Positions 26,204-38,278 of a stretch of DNA of 64,000 bases are shown piece after piece (position 1 is the stretch's first letter; each line of letters opens with the position of its first letter). Below the pieces are notes generated by a model. The model saw only the letters and a list, made by a program, of their open reading frames with translations. It searched no databases and was not told the DNA's origin. The stretch lies in the NCBI RefSeq assembly GCF_006345805.1, contig NC_043001.1, positions 30,070,001 to 30,134,000 of the forward strand. Reading direction: 5' to 3'. Source of the DNA: Octopus sinensis. Taxonomy: Eukaryota. Made by a program: the position numbers and the translations under genes.

Positions 26204-26774
26204 GTGAGTTAAATATTTCTTACCGAAAATACTTTAAAAATCTATTTCATTGAGAAAAAAAAACTTTCAGCTGACTAAAAAATTTTAAAGTAATTAATCA
26301 CCTCTGAAAAAAAAATTAAATGAAATGAAAGCACAATTTCTATTTTAAATTAAATTTATGTTGAAATGTTCTCAGAACTTTACTCGTCCATGCCCACCAA
26401 AACAGTCATTAAATAAAATATTGCAATTATGTATGTGTGTTTATGTATATATGTGTGTGTGTGTGTATCATCATCATCGTTTAACGTCCGTTTTCCATGC
26501 TATCACAGGTTGGACGGTTCGACCGGGGTCTGGGAAGCCAGGAGGCTGCACCAGGCTCCAGTCTGATCTGGCAGTGTTTCTACAGCTGGATGCCCTTCCT
26601 AACGCCAACCACTCCGTGAGTGTAGTGGGTGCTTTTTACGTGCCAGGGGAGGCTGGCAGTGGCCATGATTGGTTGGTGCTTTTTACGTGCCACCAGCACA
26701 GAAGCCAGTCAAGGCAGCGCTGGCATCGGCCACATTCAGATGGTGCTTTTTACATGCCACCGGCACAGGTATCA

Positions 26775-27123
26775 CAACATAAAAGCAAAACGTCCCCCAT
26801 CCAATGGATGGTGCTGAGTTAAATTTTCTCAAAACAACTTGTCCAACCTTCCCATAGAGAAACACTGATTTAACGTAAATTTGAGACACCAGCAAAAGAA
26901 GATATAAAGATAGACTGTTTTCTATTCCAAAGAAAAACGATTTTCCACGGCTTTATCGATCACATTCTCACCTGGAATCAATTTTTGTAATTTTTTCAAG
27001 ACTTATACACGCCCTGATACCGTCGGTATCTACATATCAAATTTGAGGGCAATCGGATGGAGGATGCCCGAGATCCTAGAAGCCACACACACACACTCAC
27101 AGAATGGATTTTATATAAGAGAT
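26775..27123 (-). mobile_element. Helitron/Helentron-like non-autonomous element
   Basis: Minus strand starts tcttatataaaa plus a GT microsatellite and ccgattgccctcaaattt, like the other TC-TATATAAA elements here. Confidence 0.5.
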
Positions 27124-28181
27124 AAGCTTGTATTGTTAGGTATATGTATGTGTATGCAGATGTATATATGTGTGTGTGTGTGTGTAAATATATATATATT
27201 CATTGTCATCATTTAATGTCCATTTTCCATGCTGGCATGGGTTGGACAGTTTGACAGGAGTTGGTAGGCCAGGGAGCTGCACCAGGCTCCAATTGTTTAT
27301 TTTGGCATAGTTTTTACAGCTTGGTGCCCTTCCTAATGCCAATCTTTTAACAGAGTGTACTGGGTGCTTTTTAACATGGTGCAAATATGGGAGCTTTTTA
27401 CATGGTGCAATCACAGATGCTTTTTATGTATGCCAACATGGGTGCCTCTTATGTGGCACTAACAAAATGTAATTTTTTTTTAATTGTTTTTTTGTGGTGG
27501 TGGGTACTTTTTTTTTTCATTCTAATTCAGAGAATTGATTTTAAATGTTTCTTATACATTGTGTACATTCAAATACACACATAAAAAATATTGACTGAAT
27601 TCAACTAAGAGCCCTTGAAGATGGTTCATTATTTTAAAGGCCATGCCAGATACATGTAAGAAAGCTCGTGATAGATGGGGAAATATTTGGAAGGGCATCC
27701 ACTTATAAAAACCATGCCAAAATTGACCTCACTTGTGTGAATGCCACATAAAAAGCGCTCAGCCCACTCTATGGAGTGGTTGGTGTTAGGAAAGGCATCC
27801 AACCACAAAAACCATGCTAAAACAGTCACAGAAGCATGGTACAAACTCCAGCCTGGTTAGCTCCTGTCAAACCATCCACTCCTGTATGGAAGGAGGACGT
27901 TAAACAATGATGGTGATGATATGATTTGTAAGGGCCATCAAGGCAAAAGGACACGCTAGACAAAATACTTAACAGCATGTCTTCTGACTTTATGTACTGA
28001 GCTCAAATGCCACCATGGTTGACTTTGCTTTTCTTCTTTTCAAAATCAATAAAGAAGAATACCAGTTAATCACTGCGGTTGATGCAAATGATTTTATCCC
28101 CACCCAGTAAAATAGTTTCGTTTTTGCCAGAATTTGAAACCATTATGATTTGTAATTAATTTTCATTATGATTATTTCTAG

Positions 28182-28331
28182 CTATTTACCAAAGCTGCTC
28201 TATCACTTAACCAAACTCCATGGAGATTTCCAATTGTATTGTTTGGAAATATTGCTTGGGAATATCAACAATGTTGACGGTGCATTCAGAGAATTAAAGA
28301 GCAAAAATTTCTTCTCTTTCTTTGCTCACAG
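28182..28331 (+). CDS. PRKDC: DNA-PKcs exon 11: YLPKLLYHLTKLHGDFQLYCLEILLGNINNVDGAFRELKSKNFFSFFAHR
   Basis: tctag| and |gtaagt; resembles human LPKFHGVLKTLCLEVVL..YFQLKSKDFVQVMRHR. Confidence 0.96.
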
Positions 28332-28372
28332 GTAAGTACTTTTGTTCTTCAATTATTTTCAGTCATTTTTAA

Positions 28373-28592
28373 CCCTTTCGTTACCAACCCGACTGAAACC
28401 AGCTCTGGCTCTGAGTACAAATGTCTTGTTTTCATAAGTTTTGAATTAAAATCTTCCACCAAACCTTACTTACAGTTTATCTTCTTAACACTAGCTGAAT
28501 GATAACTAAGTTATTTTACTAAATTCTTTGTTATATTTAAAGTAATTGAAAGAAACGCAAAGCATCTCAAAATAAATACAGTAATGAAAGGG
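28373..28592. mobile_element. piggyBac MITE (220 bp) sharing the CCCTTTCGTTAC terminus with the 2413-3496 element
   Basis: TTAA|ccctttcgttacc ... gtaatgaaaggg|TTAA. Confidence 0.87.
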
Positions 28593-29279
28593 TTAAATGA
28601 CTTTTGGAAAAAATGTTGTAACACTAAATCAATCAATTAGTTGTGTTCTGCTCCTACAAAAAAAATGTCATACCATGATATATAGGCATTACTATTGTAT
28701 TTAGTTTAACTTTTTTTTTTTTACATTCTAAATCACAGTATCCTAAGGTCAGCAACTTAACCTTTCCATTTTTTGCTTTCAATAATTAGGTCATTAATAA
28801 ACTAAGGTGGAGTTATTTGGCTATATCATTGCTACTTCAGAAATTTAATTTGTATGTAACTGTAAGAAATCTAACGTTTTTAAGCATTTTCACCTAAACC
28901 AGCCACTCTCAAAATTAGTGACATTGTTAGTTACTTGAAGAGGAACTATTGAGTAATTTGGGAAAGATGAATCATTACTAGAAAGAGCTACATTTCACTG
29001 ATGCACTCATTAGATAGGAAAGAAGCAATGGTTATGTTCATCATAATACCTGACATGCATATCTATATCTATATATATATATAAAACAGAGTTTGTGTGT
29101 GTGTGCGCGCGCATGTTCCTTATGCGTTCCAAAACCGAGTTGTTGATTTTGACGTATGGGGTATCAAAAGACTCAGTAAGCTTTTGGCTACCAACTAAAC
29201 TATATTTTCATTCACTTATTTGCATCCTGTCGCTGAGCTCCCCTCACTTGTGAGTTTCTTGCCAAAAACAACATGGTAT

Positions 29280-29584
29280 TACTTCTGCATCCACCCTAGT
29301 CACCAGATGTAGCACCTGTGGACTTCCATTTCTTGCCCAAGATGAAAATACAGCTCAAAGGTCATTGTTTTAACACCACTGTCAAGATCCAGAATTAATT
29401 GCAGAAGGTCCTCATCTTGCTTACGGAAAGCGATTTCCAGGCTGAATTCTAAAAGTGGTAGGGAGGCTGGGACTCGTGTATTGCTGCACAAGGTGACTAT
29501 TTTGAAGGAGATGAGGTTGAAACTTGGGGAAATAAGTTATTTTTTATAAAAAACTAGTCCTGGAACTTTTTGATGCCACCTCAT
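29280..29584 (+). mobile_element. Mariner transposase 3' remnant with right TIR
   Basis: HPP*SPDVAPVDFHFLPKMKIQLKGHCF..WDSCIAAQGDYFEGD with stops; ends ggaactttttgatgccacctcaTA. Confidence 0.85.
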
Positions 29585-30299
29585 AGTGAAGTCCTGTATT
29601 GTGCAATGATACTTTAGATATTCACACATTTCTGAACACTGGCAACTATCAAGATACTAGCAATGCATCCCGGCGTTGCCAGGGTGTTATGACCTACAGG
29701 TACATTGTATTATTTGCTCCTTTCTTATAGGCAGAAGCAGCACAGCTGATATATAATTGATGGTATAATGGGGGTACAGTTTGCATGAAAGTGTTTTCTT
29801 TTCTTAAGAAGGATCACAAACTATGTATTGTTTCATTGTATAAAAGAGGGTTAATATGATTTTGTCCAGAAATCACGTTTTCAAAATTTGTATGACTGTT
29901 CACATTTTAGAAGAGAGGGTGGCGGTAGGGCTTGAAGTGGGTGTGTGGTGACGAGATGTCACAGTGGACTTTCTATGTATGAGATGGGTAGGAATGAATA
30001 AGCCAAAGATGTGTATGTGAGTCTATTTGCACACACACACTCTCATGTACACTGGTTCACACACAAATTATTACTCTCCGAGTTATAACTTGTTTTGCTG
30101 GATGAATCTGTTTATTTACTAAGTAATTCAGACTCTATGAGAAAAGTGCATATGAAGCCTCCTTTGCAAATGAATGAGTCCTCTACATATTGAGCTGGTC
30201 TTTCAGCAAGATAAGTTATAACTCATAGCGAAAAAAACTGTATTAATAAATTATGGAATTCTATCTTAAACTGCTCAGAGAACTTAACTGAAAATGATA

Positions 30300-30685
30300 T
30301 CTTTATATATAAAAGAGAGGTTGTGTGCTGTCTGTCTCCTACGATTTAGATTCCTAACTACTCCCACATTTTGCAGTGCAGTTTAACCAAAACCGGGTAT
30401 CTTATAGTCATGATTCATATCGAGCCCTTCTGGGTATTAGCGCGCGTCTACGATGAGTCTACGATTTTAAAAAAATTTACCATCAATTTTTCCCATTTTT
30501 AATGCATTTTTGGCATATATAGGGGAAGTAACTCTCTAAAAATTTATTTTTAAATCTCAGAACATAAAAAGCTACAGTAACACCCTCCTTTGTGGTTAGC
30601 CATGGCTATTATACTTTACATCTCTAAAAATGCTTATATAGTTATTTCCCTTACAAACCCGAGCAACGCCGGGCGAAACTGCTAG
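30300..30685 (+). mobile_element. Helitron-like non-autonomous element. Further CTAG-ended pieces at approx. 29657-30230(-), 42840-43160(+), 62624-63050(-)
   Basis: 5' TC-TTTATATATAAAA; 3' hairpin cccgagcaacgccggg followed by CTAG|T. Confidence 0.75.
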
Positions 30686-30964
30686 TTCTTTATAATTATA
30701 TTCTTTAAAAAATTTTATTCTTTAAAAATTATATTCTTTAAAAAATAGTAGTTTGCTCCTCCTATACTTTTCTTCTGATGAAGGACTAGTCTCAGAAATG
30801 TTAAGACTCTCTCCCTTCCTTTTAAATTTTTGGCTTAATACAATATTTGTATTAAGGTATATGTATGTAAATATGCACATGTCCCTCCTGTGTTGCCCTT
30901 TTTTATTTCATGCTCATTGCTGTCATATATTATTACTAATGTATCTTTTTTTTTTTATTAACAG

Positions 30965-31138
30965 AAATAAAAATATTCGATTGATTTCTTTGAATATTGT
31001 GAAAGCTTTGCTTGCTAAACTTAAGCCAAATGAGTTAGCAGAGATATTTTCTAGTATTAATCATCAGAAAGAAGAACCATGGGTAGCTTGTCGTAAAGTA
31101 TTGTATGATATCCTCATGTGGGTATATGACAACTATGG
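30965..31138 (+). CDS. PRKDC: DNA-PKcs exon 12: NKNIRLISLNIVKALLAKLKPNELAEIF...CRKVLYDILMWVYDNYG
   Basis: aacag| and |gtaagt; resembles human KMMPKLKPVELRELL..CREQMYNILMWIHDNYR. Confidence 0.96.
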
Positions 31139-31624
31139 GTAAGTCTTTCAAAATGTCTCTGCCCTTCATTTTCTTTGTTTGTTTGTTTGTTTGTTTTTTT
31201 GTTTTTTTTTACAGTTTCAGGTAGGAAGAAAGTAAGTGCCCAGAACTTTTTCCAGGGTTTCTGAGGCTGGTAGGAGTGAAGAGAAGATACCATCAAAGCA
31301 GAGACCTGGACCTGGTCAAGGCACTTACAAGAAAGCAGGCTCTCTTACATGCACCCAGAGTACCAGGTGACAGTGTGGTGTTAAACCGGGCAACTAATTA
31401 AATTATTTCTATTCAACCCATGGAAAACATGCTAAATGGCATCATTATTATGAGTTTTTCTTCTTTCAATTTTGTTCCCATTCCTTGTCAAGTGTCTTCC
31501 AGACAATTTGGGCAAAGAAACTTACTTTATACATTGATAGACCATTAAAATAAACAGACCAGAATGTTCGTTTACAAAATCAAGTCATGTAGAACGAGAA
31601 AAAAAAAGGAAAAGAAAAAAGAAA

Positions 31625-31930
31625 AAAATAATAAAACTTTTACATAAAGAAACGAAAATAAAACTTTGGAAACAACCTAAAGAGAGATAATTGAGAAAGA
31701 CTTGAAAGTGAATGTAAGATTGTAATCATGTAAAGTAAATATAAAAAATTATCCAGCATCCTTGTCTGATACCGGATCACTCCCAAAATCTAATCAGTTC
31801 GTGCAAGTCATGAAGCCAAGCATCCCTGAAAGTCTCATCCAAATCCATCCAGTGGTTCTTGAGATATCTTGTCCACGGACAAACAAACACGACTGAAAAC
31901 AATACCTCTGCCTTCACTAAGTCGGAAATA
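31625..31930 (+). mobile_element. Helentron/DINE-like element with an inverted, truncated copy at approx. 33010-33260
   Basis: About 260 bp are reverse-complementary (ttggaaacaacctaaa..gagatatcttgtccacggacaaacaaacac); 3' acctctgccttcactaagtcgga hairpin-like end. Confidence 0.65.
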
Positions 31931-31965
31931 ATAATAATAATAATAATAATCATTATTAATAACAA

Positions 31966-32125
31966 TAATGATAGAACTATAAAAGCTAATAAACTAGATA
32001 TTGTTGTGAAAGACCAAAACAATAAAGTTTGTTTATTGATTGATATGAGTGTTACTTGTGGTCATAATATCTCGGCAAAAGAATTTGACATGCCCGGAAA
32101 ATAGACTTGCTAATTGATATTGGCA
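31966..32125 (+). mobile_element. Restriction-like-endonuclease fragment of an R4/Dong-type non-LTR retrotransposon
   Basis: DRTIKANKLDIVVKDQNNKVCLLIDMSVTCGHNISAKEFD resembles the ANRPDIVV.DK..C.LID..P.D.N...KE motif; (TAA)n on both sides. Confidence 0.72.
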
Positions 32126-32126
32126 A

Positions 32127-32159
<33 letters not shown>

Positions 32160-32179
32160 TGTGTACAGTGCTCAGGTGC

Positions 32180-32830
32180 ACTACAACTCATCTAAAGTGT
32201 ATATATAATCAGGTGTAGTTTCGGCGGATTTCGGAAAGCATGAGGGCCTTAAAGGATGCAATGTCATGACAGTCAACAACTGACGCAGGCAGTTTATTCC
32301 ATGCTTCAGCAACTCTGAGCGTGAAAAAATGTTTCCGAAAGTCATGGGAGCTGTGTTGTTTTCTGACTTTGTAGGCATGTCCACGTGTGTTAGACACATG
32401 GAGATCAAAAAGGTGTTCAGTGTTGTTGTTGGTGAGGTGGTTGATAACTTTGTGGGCGTTTACCAAGTCCGTCGCCAGATGCCGGAGCTTCAGTGAATCC
32501 ATGCCCAGGGAAACAAGGCGCTCAGAATATGGTAGGTGTCTGATGGAGGGTATGCGTTTGGTTGCCCGTCTCTGGACAGATTCCAGGAGGTCAATGTTCT
32601 GAGCAAGATAGGGATTCCAAACTGATGATGCGAATTCCAAGTGTGGTCGTACCATAGCTGTTTTTGTTGCCCGCAAGAGCCAGATTGGCGATGATCATAG
32701 CATGATCAAAGTCACCTAGAGGTTCCTCCGTAGTGCAATTGATAACCGCTTCAGGAGTTGTGGTGAAGAGCAGGTCCAAGGTGTTGTCGCCTCTTGTTGG
32801 AGAGGTGACTACTTGTGGCTACTCAAGGTG
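32180..32830 (-). mobile_element. CR1/L2-type LINE remnant: endonuclease C-terminus joined to the ORF2 C-terminus
   Basis: PTRGDNTLDLLF..EEPLGDFDH (APE endonuclease), then after a frameshift MVRPHLEFASSVWNPY..LESVQRRATK..RVAEAWNKLP. Confidence 0.88.
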
Positions 32831-33740
32831 GTTACAATACCAGTGATTGTAGGAGCACTTGGAATGATCAAAAAAGAAACTGAAAATTATGAGAATGATC
32901 CCTGGTTTACCATTCATGCAAGACATGCAAAAATTATTTTAACTGGGACATAACACGTATTGAGAAGAGCAGTGTTGCTATAAGAATGATTAAACCTATG
33001 AAAAATTTTCAGTTGTGTTTGTTTGTCCATGGACATGATATCTCAAGGACCACTGGATGGATTCTGATGAAATTTTCAGGGATGTTTGGCTTCATGACTG
33101 GCATGAAGTGATTAGATTTTGGGAATAACTGGATTATTTGTTATATTTACTTTACATGATTACAGTCTTACATTCACTTTCAAGTCTTTCTCAATTATCT
33201 CCCTTTAGGTTGTTTCCAAAGTTTTATTTTCGTTTCTCTATGTAAAATTTTTATTATTTTTTTCTTTTTTTTTCTAACTAGAAATAGCAAAGTCTACTTA
33301 GTTATAAGCAGATGCAGCAAAGTAAAAACAACTGAACTCAGTAAACATCCACAAAACTCTGAAGGTAATATTTCGGTAACTTGCAGCAGTATTGAGCTTT
33401 GTTCCTCTTATAAGAATATCTTGGAGAAGGACTGTTTTCAATAAACTAGAATTTGTACAGAAGCCTGTTGTATGTGTATAAATGAATTATGACTACATTC
33501 TTTTATGTGGCTATATATATATTTATAGGCGGCGAGCTGGCAGGAACGTTAGCGCACCGGGCGAAATGCTTAGCGGTATTTCGTCTGTCGTTACGTTCTG
33601 AGTTCAAATTCCGCCAAGGTCGACTTTGCCTTTCATCCTTTCGGGGTCGATAAATAAAGAACCAGTTTCACACTGGGGTCGATGTAATCGACTTAATACC
33701 TTTGTCTGTCCTTGTTTAGCCCCTTGAGGGTAGTAAAGAA

Positions 33741-33787
<47 letters not shown>

Positions 33788-33816
33788 CTAAACTGGCAAA
33801 ATGCCCATTCCAAAAT

Positions 33817-33848
<32 letters not shown>

Positions 33849-33886
33849 TTTTTATTTATACATTAAACCTATTTTATTTATTTTAG

Positions 33887-33976
33887 AGAGGAAACATCAG
33901 AAGAAAGTAGCCAAATAATGTCTAATACACGAGAATTATTGTTGAAAGGTCTAGAAGATAAAGATTATTCATGTCG
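33887..33976 (+). CDS. PRKDC: DNA-PKcs exon 13: EETSEESSQIMSNTRELLLKGLEDKDYSCR
   Basis: tttag| and |gtaagt; phase 2/2; resembles human [25 protein letters not shown]. Confidence 0.93.
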
Positions 33977-34737
33977 GTAAGTATAAGTATTAATAATTTT
34001 AAGTCTTCTTTGTTGATGCTTTAGCTAAAAAGCTTACAAAACAGGTAAAAAGAAAATTATATAAATCCTTAAAATATTCAGAGATAAATTGTTTATTGTT
34101 GTTTTTATTTGTTTATGTTGGCTGTGTGGTAAGAAGCTTGCTTACCAACCATGTGATTCCAGGTTCAGCCCCAATGTGTGACACCTTCGGCAAGAGTCTT
34201 CTACTCTAGCCTTGGACTGACTAAAGCCTTGTGTGTGGATTTGGTAGACGGAAACTGAAAGAAACCCATCGTATATATATATATATGTATGTATGTGTGT
34301 GTGTGTGTGCGTGTGTGTGTGTATGTATGTATGTATGTAAGAACCAATGCTGGTGTGTTTACATCCCCGTAACTTAGTGGTTTGGCAAGAGAGACAAATA
34401 AAATAAGTACTAGGCTAACAAAGAATAAGCTCTGGGGTTGATTTACTCAACTAAGGGCGGTGCTCCACCATGGTCACAGTCAAATGACTGAAACAAGTAA
34501 AAAAAAATAAAAAAATAAAAGAATGCTTATATATTAAACCAGATAAGATCTAGTGTGTGAAATCTGATGGGAACATGAGATATTAAAGATAGAAATGGTT
34601 TCTGGAAGAGTTGAGCATCACATGTTCATGCTAAAAGGAAAGGCAAATGTACTGAATGATTTTAATTGAAATTTTGGTACAACCAGTTAATTTGGCTGAA
34701 CAATTACATTAGTAAGTCTAACAGAAAGCAATCATAA

Positions 34738-35132
34738 TCTCTATATATATATAAAGCTGAAGTTGTCTGTGTATGGCAGGTTTGGTAGCCTTCAACTAAC
34801 ACTATCTCCTCTGAGACCCTGTGGCACAAGTTGACCAAAATTGAGAGTATGATAGAAGAAGGCTTGCTCTTCATTCCGTAGAAGAAAAAAATTCAAATTG
34901 AACCATATTAAGACCAAAAATTATTTACATCAAAAAGGTGCTTTTTTTCTATGAAAATCCCTATTTTTTACAATTTTTTGACTGCTGTGTCACCATTTTT
35001 CGGTGTATTTCAACCAGAAAAATGTTCACTTAAAGAGAATAACAAGCTACATAATGCAAAATTTTTACTTTTCAAAAATTCCAATTCTAAAGGGTCGGAA
35101 CAAACCCGAGCAACGCTGGGCGATACTGCTAG
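34738..35132 (+). mobile_element. Helitron-like element; near-identical copies at 44276-44666(+) and 47016-47306(-, 5'-truncated)
   Basis: TC-TATATATAAAGCTGAAG start; cccgagcaacgctggg hairpin and CTAG|T end; shared body. Confidence 0.85.
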
Positions 35133-36289
35133 TTTAATAAAAAACTAAGAGCTGAAGGCTATTGCACAACGCTTAATCTTTTTCAGTACGCAAAATATGA
35201 CTTCAATTTGTTTAATAACTTGAACAGGAATTGATTTTGAGTTAGGATTCTACATCCAGATGCCAACCTTTAGCTGCTTCTCAAGTAAAGGATTTTGCTA
35301 CTTCAAGGCTCTTTGAAAGTACAGAGCAACTGGACACAATGACAAGGAATATCGACATCAGCTCTGCTCAGTTCAAACAATGGCAACCAAGAGAGCAGAA
35401 TTCATGTGCATGTATGTGCACATACATGTGCATGCACACACACACACATACACATGTGTGCACATGCTCACTCTTAGTGAACAGAGACTTATGAAAATAA
35501 ATGTACCAGATGAATATGCAAAGAAAAGTCTATGATGGATTTTGAATTTTCCATCACTCAACTTTCTTTATCAAAATTTGCCTACAAATAATCTTATTGA
35601 TATGGCTAATGGGGCCACATTTCAAATCTGTTTTCCTCCTTACTGAATCTGAGTTGTTACTATTTATCTAACAACAGCTTATTGTGCGCATAAGCATATA
35701 TATCATCATCATCGTTTAACGTCCGCTTTCCATGCTATCATGGGTTGGACGGTTTGACTGTGGGCTGGCGAACCAGATGGCTGCACCAGGCTCCAGTCTT
35801 GATCTGGCAGAGTTTCTACAGCTGGATGCCCTTCCTAACACCAACCACTCCATGAGTGTAGTGGGTGCTTTTACATGCCACTGGCACGGGGGCCAGTCAG
35901 GTGGTACTGGCAACGACCTCACTCAAATTTTCTTTACACATGCCAATGGCACAGGTGCCAGTAAAGCAATGCTGGTAACGATCCCACTCGAGTGGTGCCT
36001 CCTACATGCCACCGGCACGGAAGCCAGTTAGCCACTCTGGCAATGATCACACTCAGATGGTGCTCTTAGCACCCTATATATATATGACTTTGTGGGTAAG
36101 GAGTTCTCTCCCCAACTACATTGTGTCAATTTAGTTTCACTGCACTACACCTTAGGCAAGTGTCTTCTAATAGAGCCTCAGACTGCTCAAAGCCTTATGG
36201 TTGAGCTTACTAGGCAGAAATTCTGTCATGTGAATATGTGTATGTGAAAGCGCTCATGCCTCCTTTGATATATATATATATATATATAA

Positions 36290-36480
36290 AGTTAATCCAA
36301 ACAAGAAAGCACAAAAAAACACAACAACGCAAGGACGTGGAACAAATATAGTATTATTGGACGCTCAGGAAAGAAGGAGGGTTTAACGTTTCGAGCGGAG
36401 CTCTTCGTCGGAAACATAGGAGAAGGAAAGATCCAGGGAAGAGAAGACAGAGGAAAAAGAAAAATCGCCAAATAGTTGAG
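36290..36480 (-). repeat. Penelope-LTR-like repeat with a minimal hammerhead-like motif; related repeats at approx. 30750-30930(+) and 63540-63710(+)
   Basis: All three carry CNGNNGA-A-stem-GAAA; the 36.3-kb and 63.6-kb copies also share ttcctgagcgt downstream. Confidence 0.55.
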
Positions 36481-36821
36481 ATGTGTTCTGTTAAGAACGT
36501 ATAAGAGTACAAATAGAGCTCATTCACCCTTAGAATTCCCAAATAGCCGGGTAGTATTCCTATGGTATGCTACCAATTCTAGTTTCAAAGAAGCCATGTA
36601 TGTTGTAGCATGGAAATTTGGATTTACTTATGGAGACAGCAACTGAGCATCGCCTGAGGAGATACATATAGATCTTCTTATACAAGTAAATCATTACATA
36701 ATTTAATTTAAATTTAACTTTAAATCCTGTATATACGAGGATCTGTATGTATCAAAACATTTGTAGTGATTAAAAAGCTGCCTAACCATACTTACTCTTC
36801 CCTTTGGCCCTTTAACTTTTT

Positions 36822-37292
<471 letters not shown>

Positions 37293-37737
37293 TTATACTG
37301 TGAAATTTGATTTAATCTTAAATCTAATTTTTCCCTGTAAGTTTGGATTTAATCCCTAATATTATTATTATTATATATATATATACAGATAGATATATGA
37401 TGTGCTACTTTCAGTTTCCGTCTTCTAAATCCACTCTTAAGGTTTTAGTCATCGTAGGGCTATTTGAAGAAGACACTTGCCATAAGTGCTACACAGTGGG
37501 ACTGAACATGGAACCATGTGGTTGGAAAACAAGCTTCTTAACCACATATCCACCACTGACTTCTTAGTTTTCTTCTCCTCTTGTTTTCCTTTCTTTTCTC
37601 ACATCTTCTAGCTTATCTCTCTCTTTCTCTTTTTGTTTGTTTTGTTTTTACAATTTTTTTCCCCTTCTATCTTATCATTTTTACTTGGCTATGATTAAAT
37701 TCTATAATAATTATATTTTCAATATTTTATTTGACAG

Positions 37738-37948
37738 AATCTTGGTGCACAATTTTTGGAGTAACAGAACTCGACTGCCAGAGTCTACTTTTGACCGCAT
37801 GGTTGCAATGTTTCAGATGATGTATTCTCCTGGAACTGAACATCAGTTCTTATATTATTCCAGCAGTTTACTTTTGGAAATGACAAGCAAAAGTCCAGAA
37901 TATAAGCGAGAAATATTTGAATATCCCCTTGCAGAGTGTCAATTTAAG
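37738..37948 (+). CDS. PRKDC: DNA-PKcs exon 14: ILVHNFWSNRTRLPESTFDRMVAM...LLLEMTSKSPEYKREIFEYPLAECQFK
   Basis: gacag| and |gtaatt; resembles human [47 protein letters not shown]. Confidence 0.97.
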
Positions 37949-38057
37949 GTAATTAAAAATGTCTAAATATCAATAAAATATGAAACATATTGATCACTTG
38001 CTTTTTAGATTTATTCTCTGAAACTGAATAAATATTCTTGCTTTCTTGTAATATCAG

Positions 38058-38226
38058 GAGTATAGAGTAAAGTCACATTGGCAGCATAGACATTCTACAA
38101 TGACACCACTGTTTTTTGATGCTCTGTCATCATCGTATATGGAGGTAGATGATATCAAAACAGAAAATATGGGTGCTGATGAGCTCAGAGCTACATATGG
38201 TAATCAACAGTTTACACCAACTCAAG
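38058..38226 (+). CDS. PRKDC: DNA-PKcs exon 15 (ABCDE region): EYRVKSHWQHRHSTMTPLFFDALSSSY...ELRATYGNQQFTPTQ
   Basis: atcag| and |gtaatg; phase 0/1; resembles human [41 protein letters not shown]. Confidence 0.95.
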
Positions 38227-38278
38227 GTAATGTATTATTTCCTGCTGTGTTCTTTTTTATGTTTAACATTTATATTTC

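Noticed and set aside
38176-38200. CTGATGA followed by a GCTC/GAGC stem inside exon 15
   Set aside because: No GAAA box or stem I partner; it is ordinary coding sequence (ADELRA).
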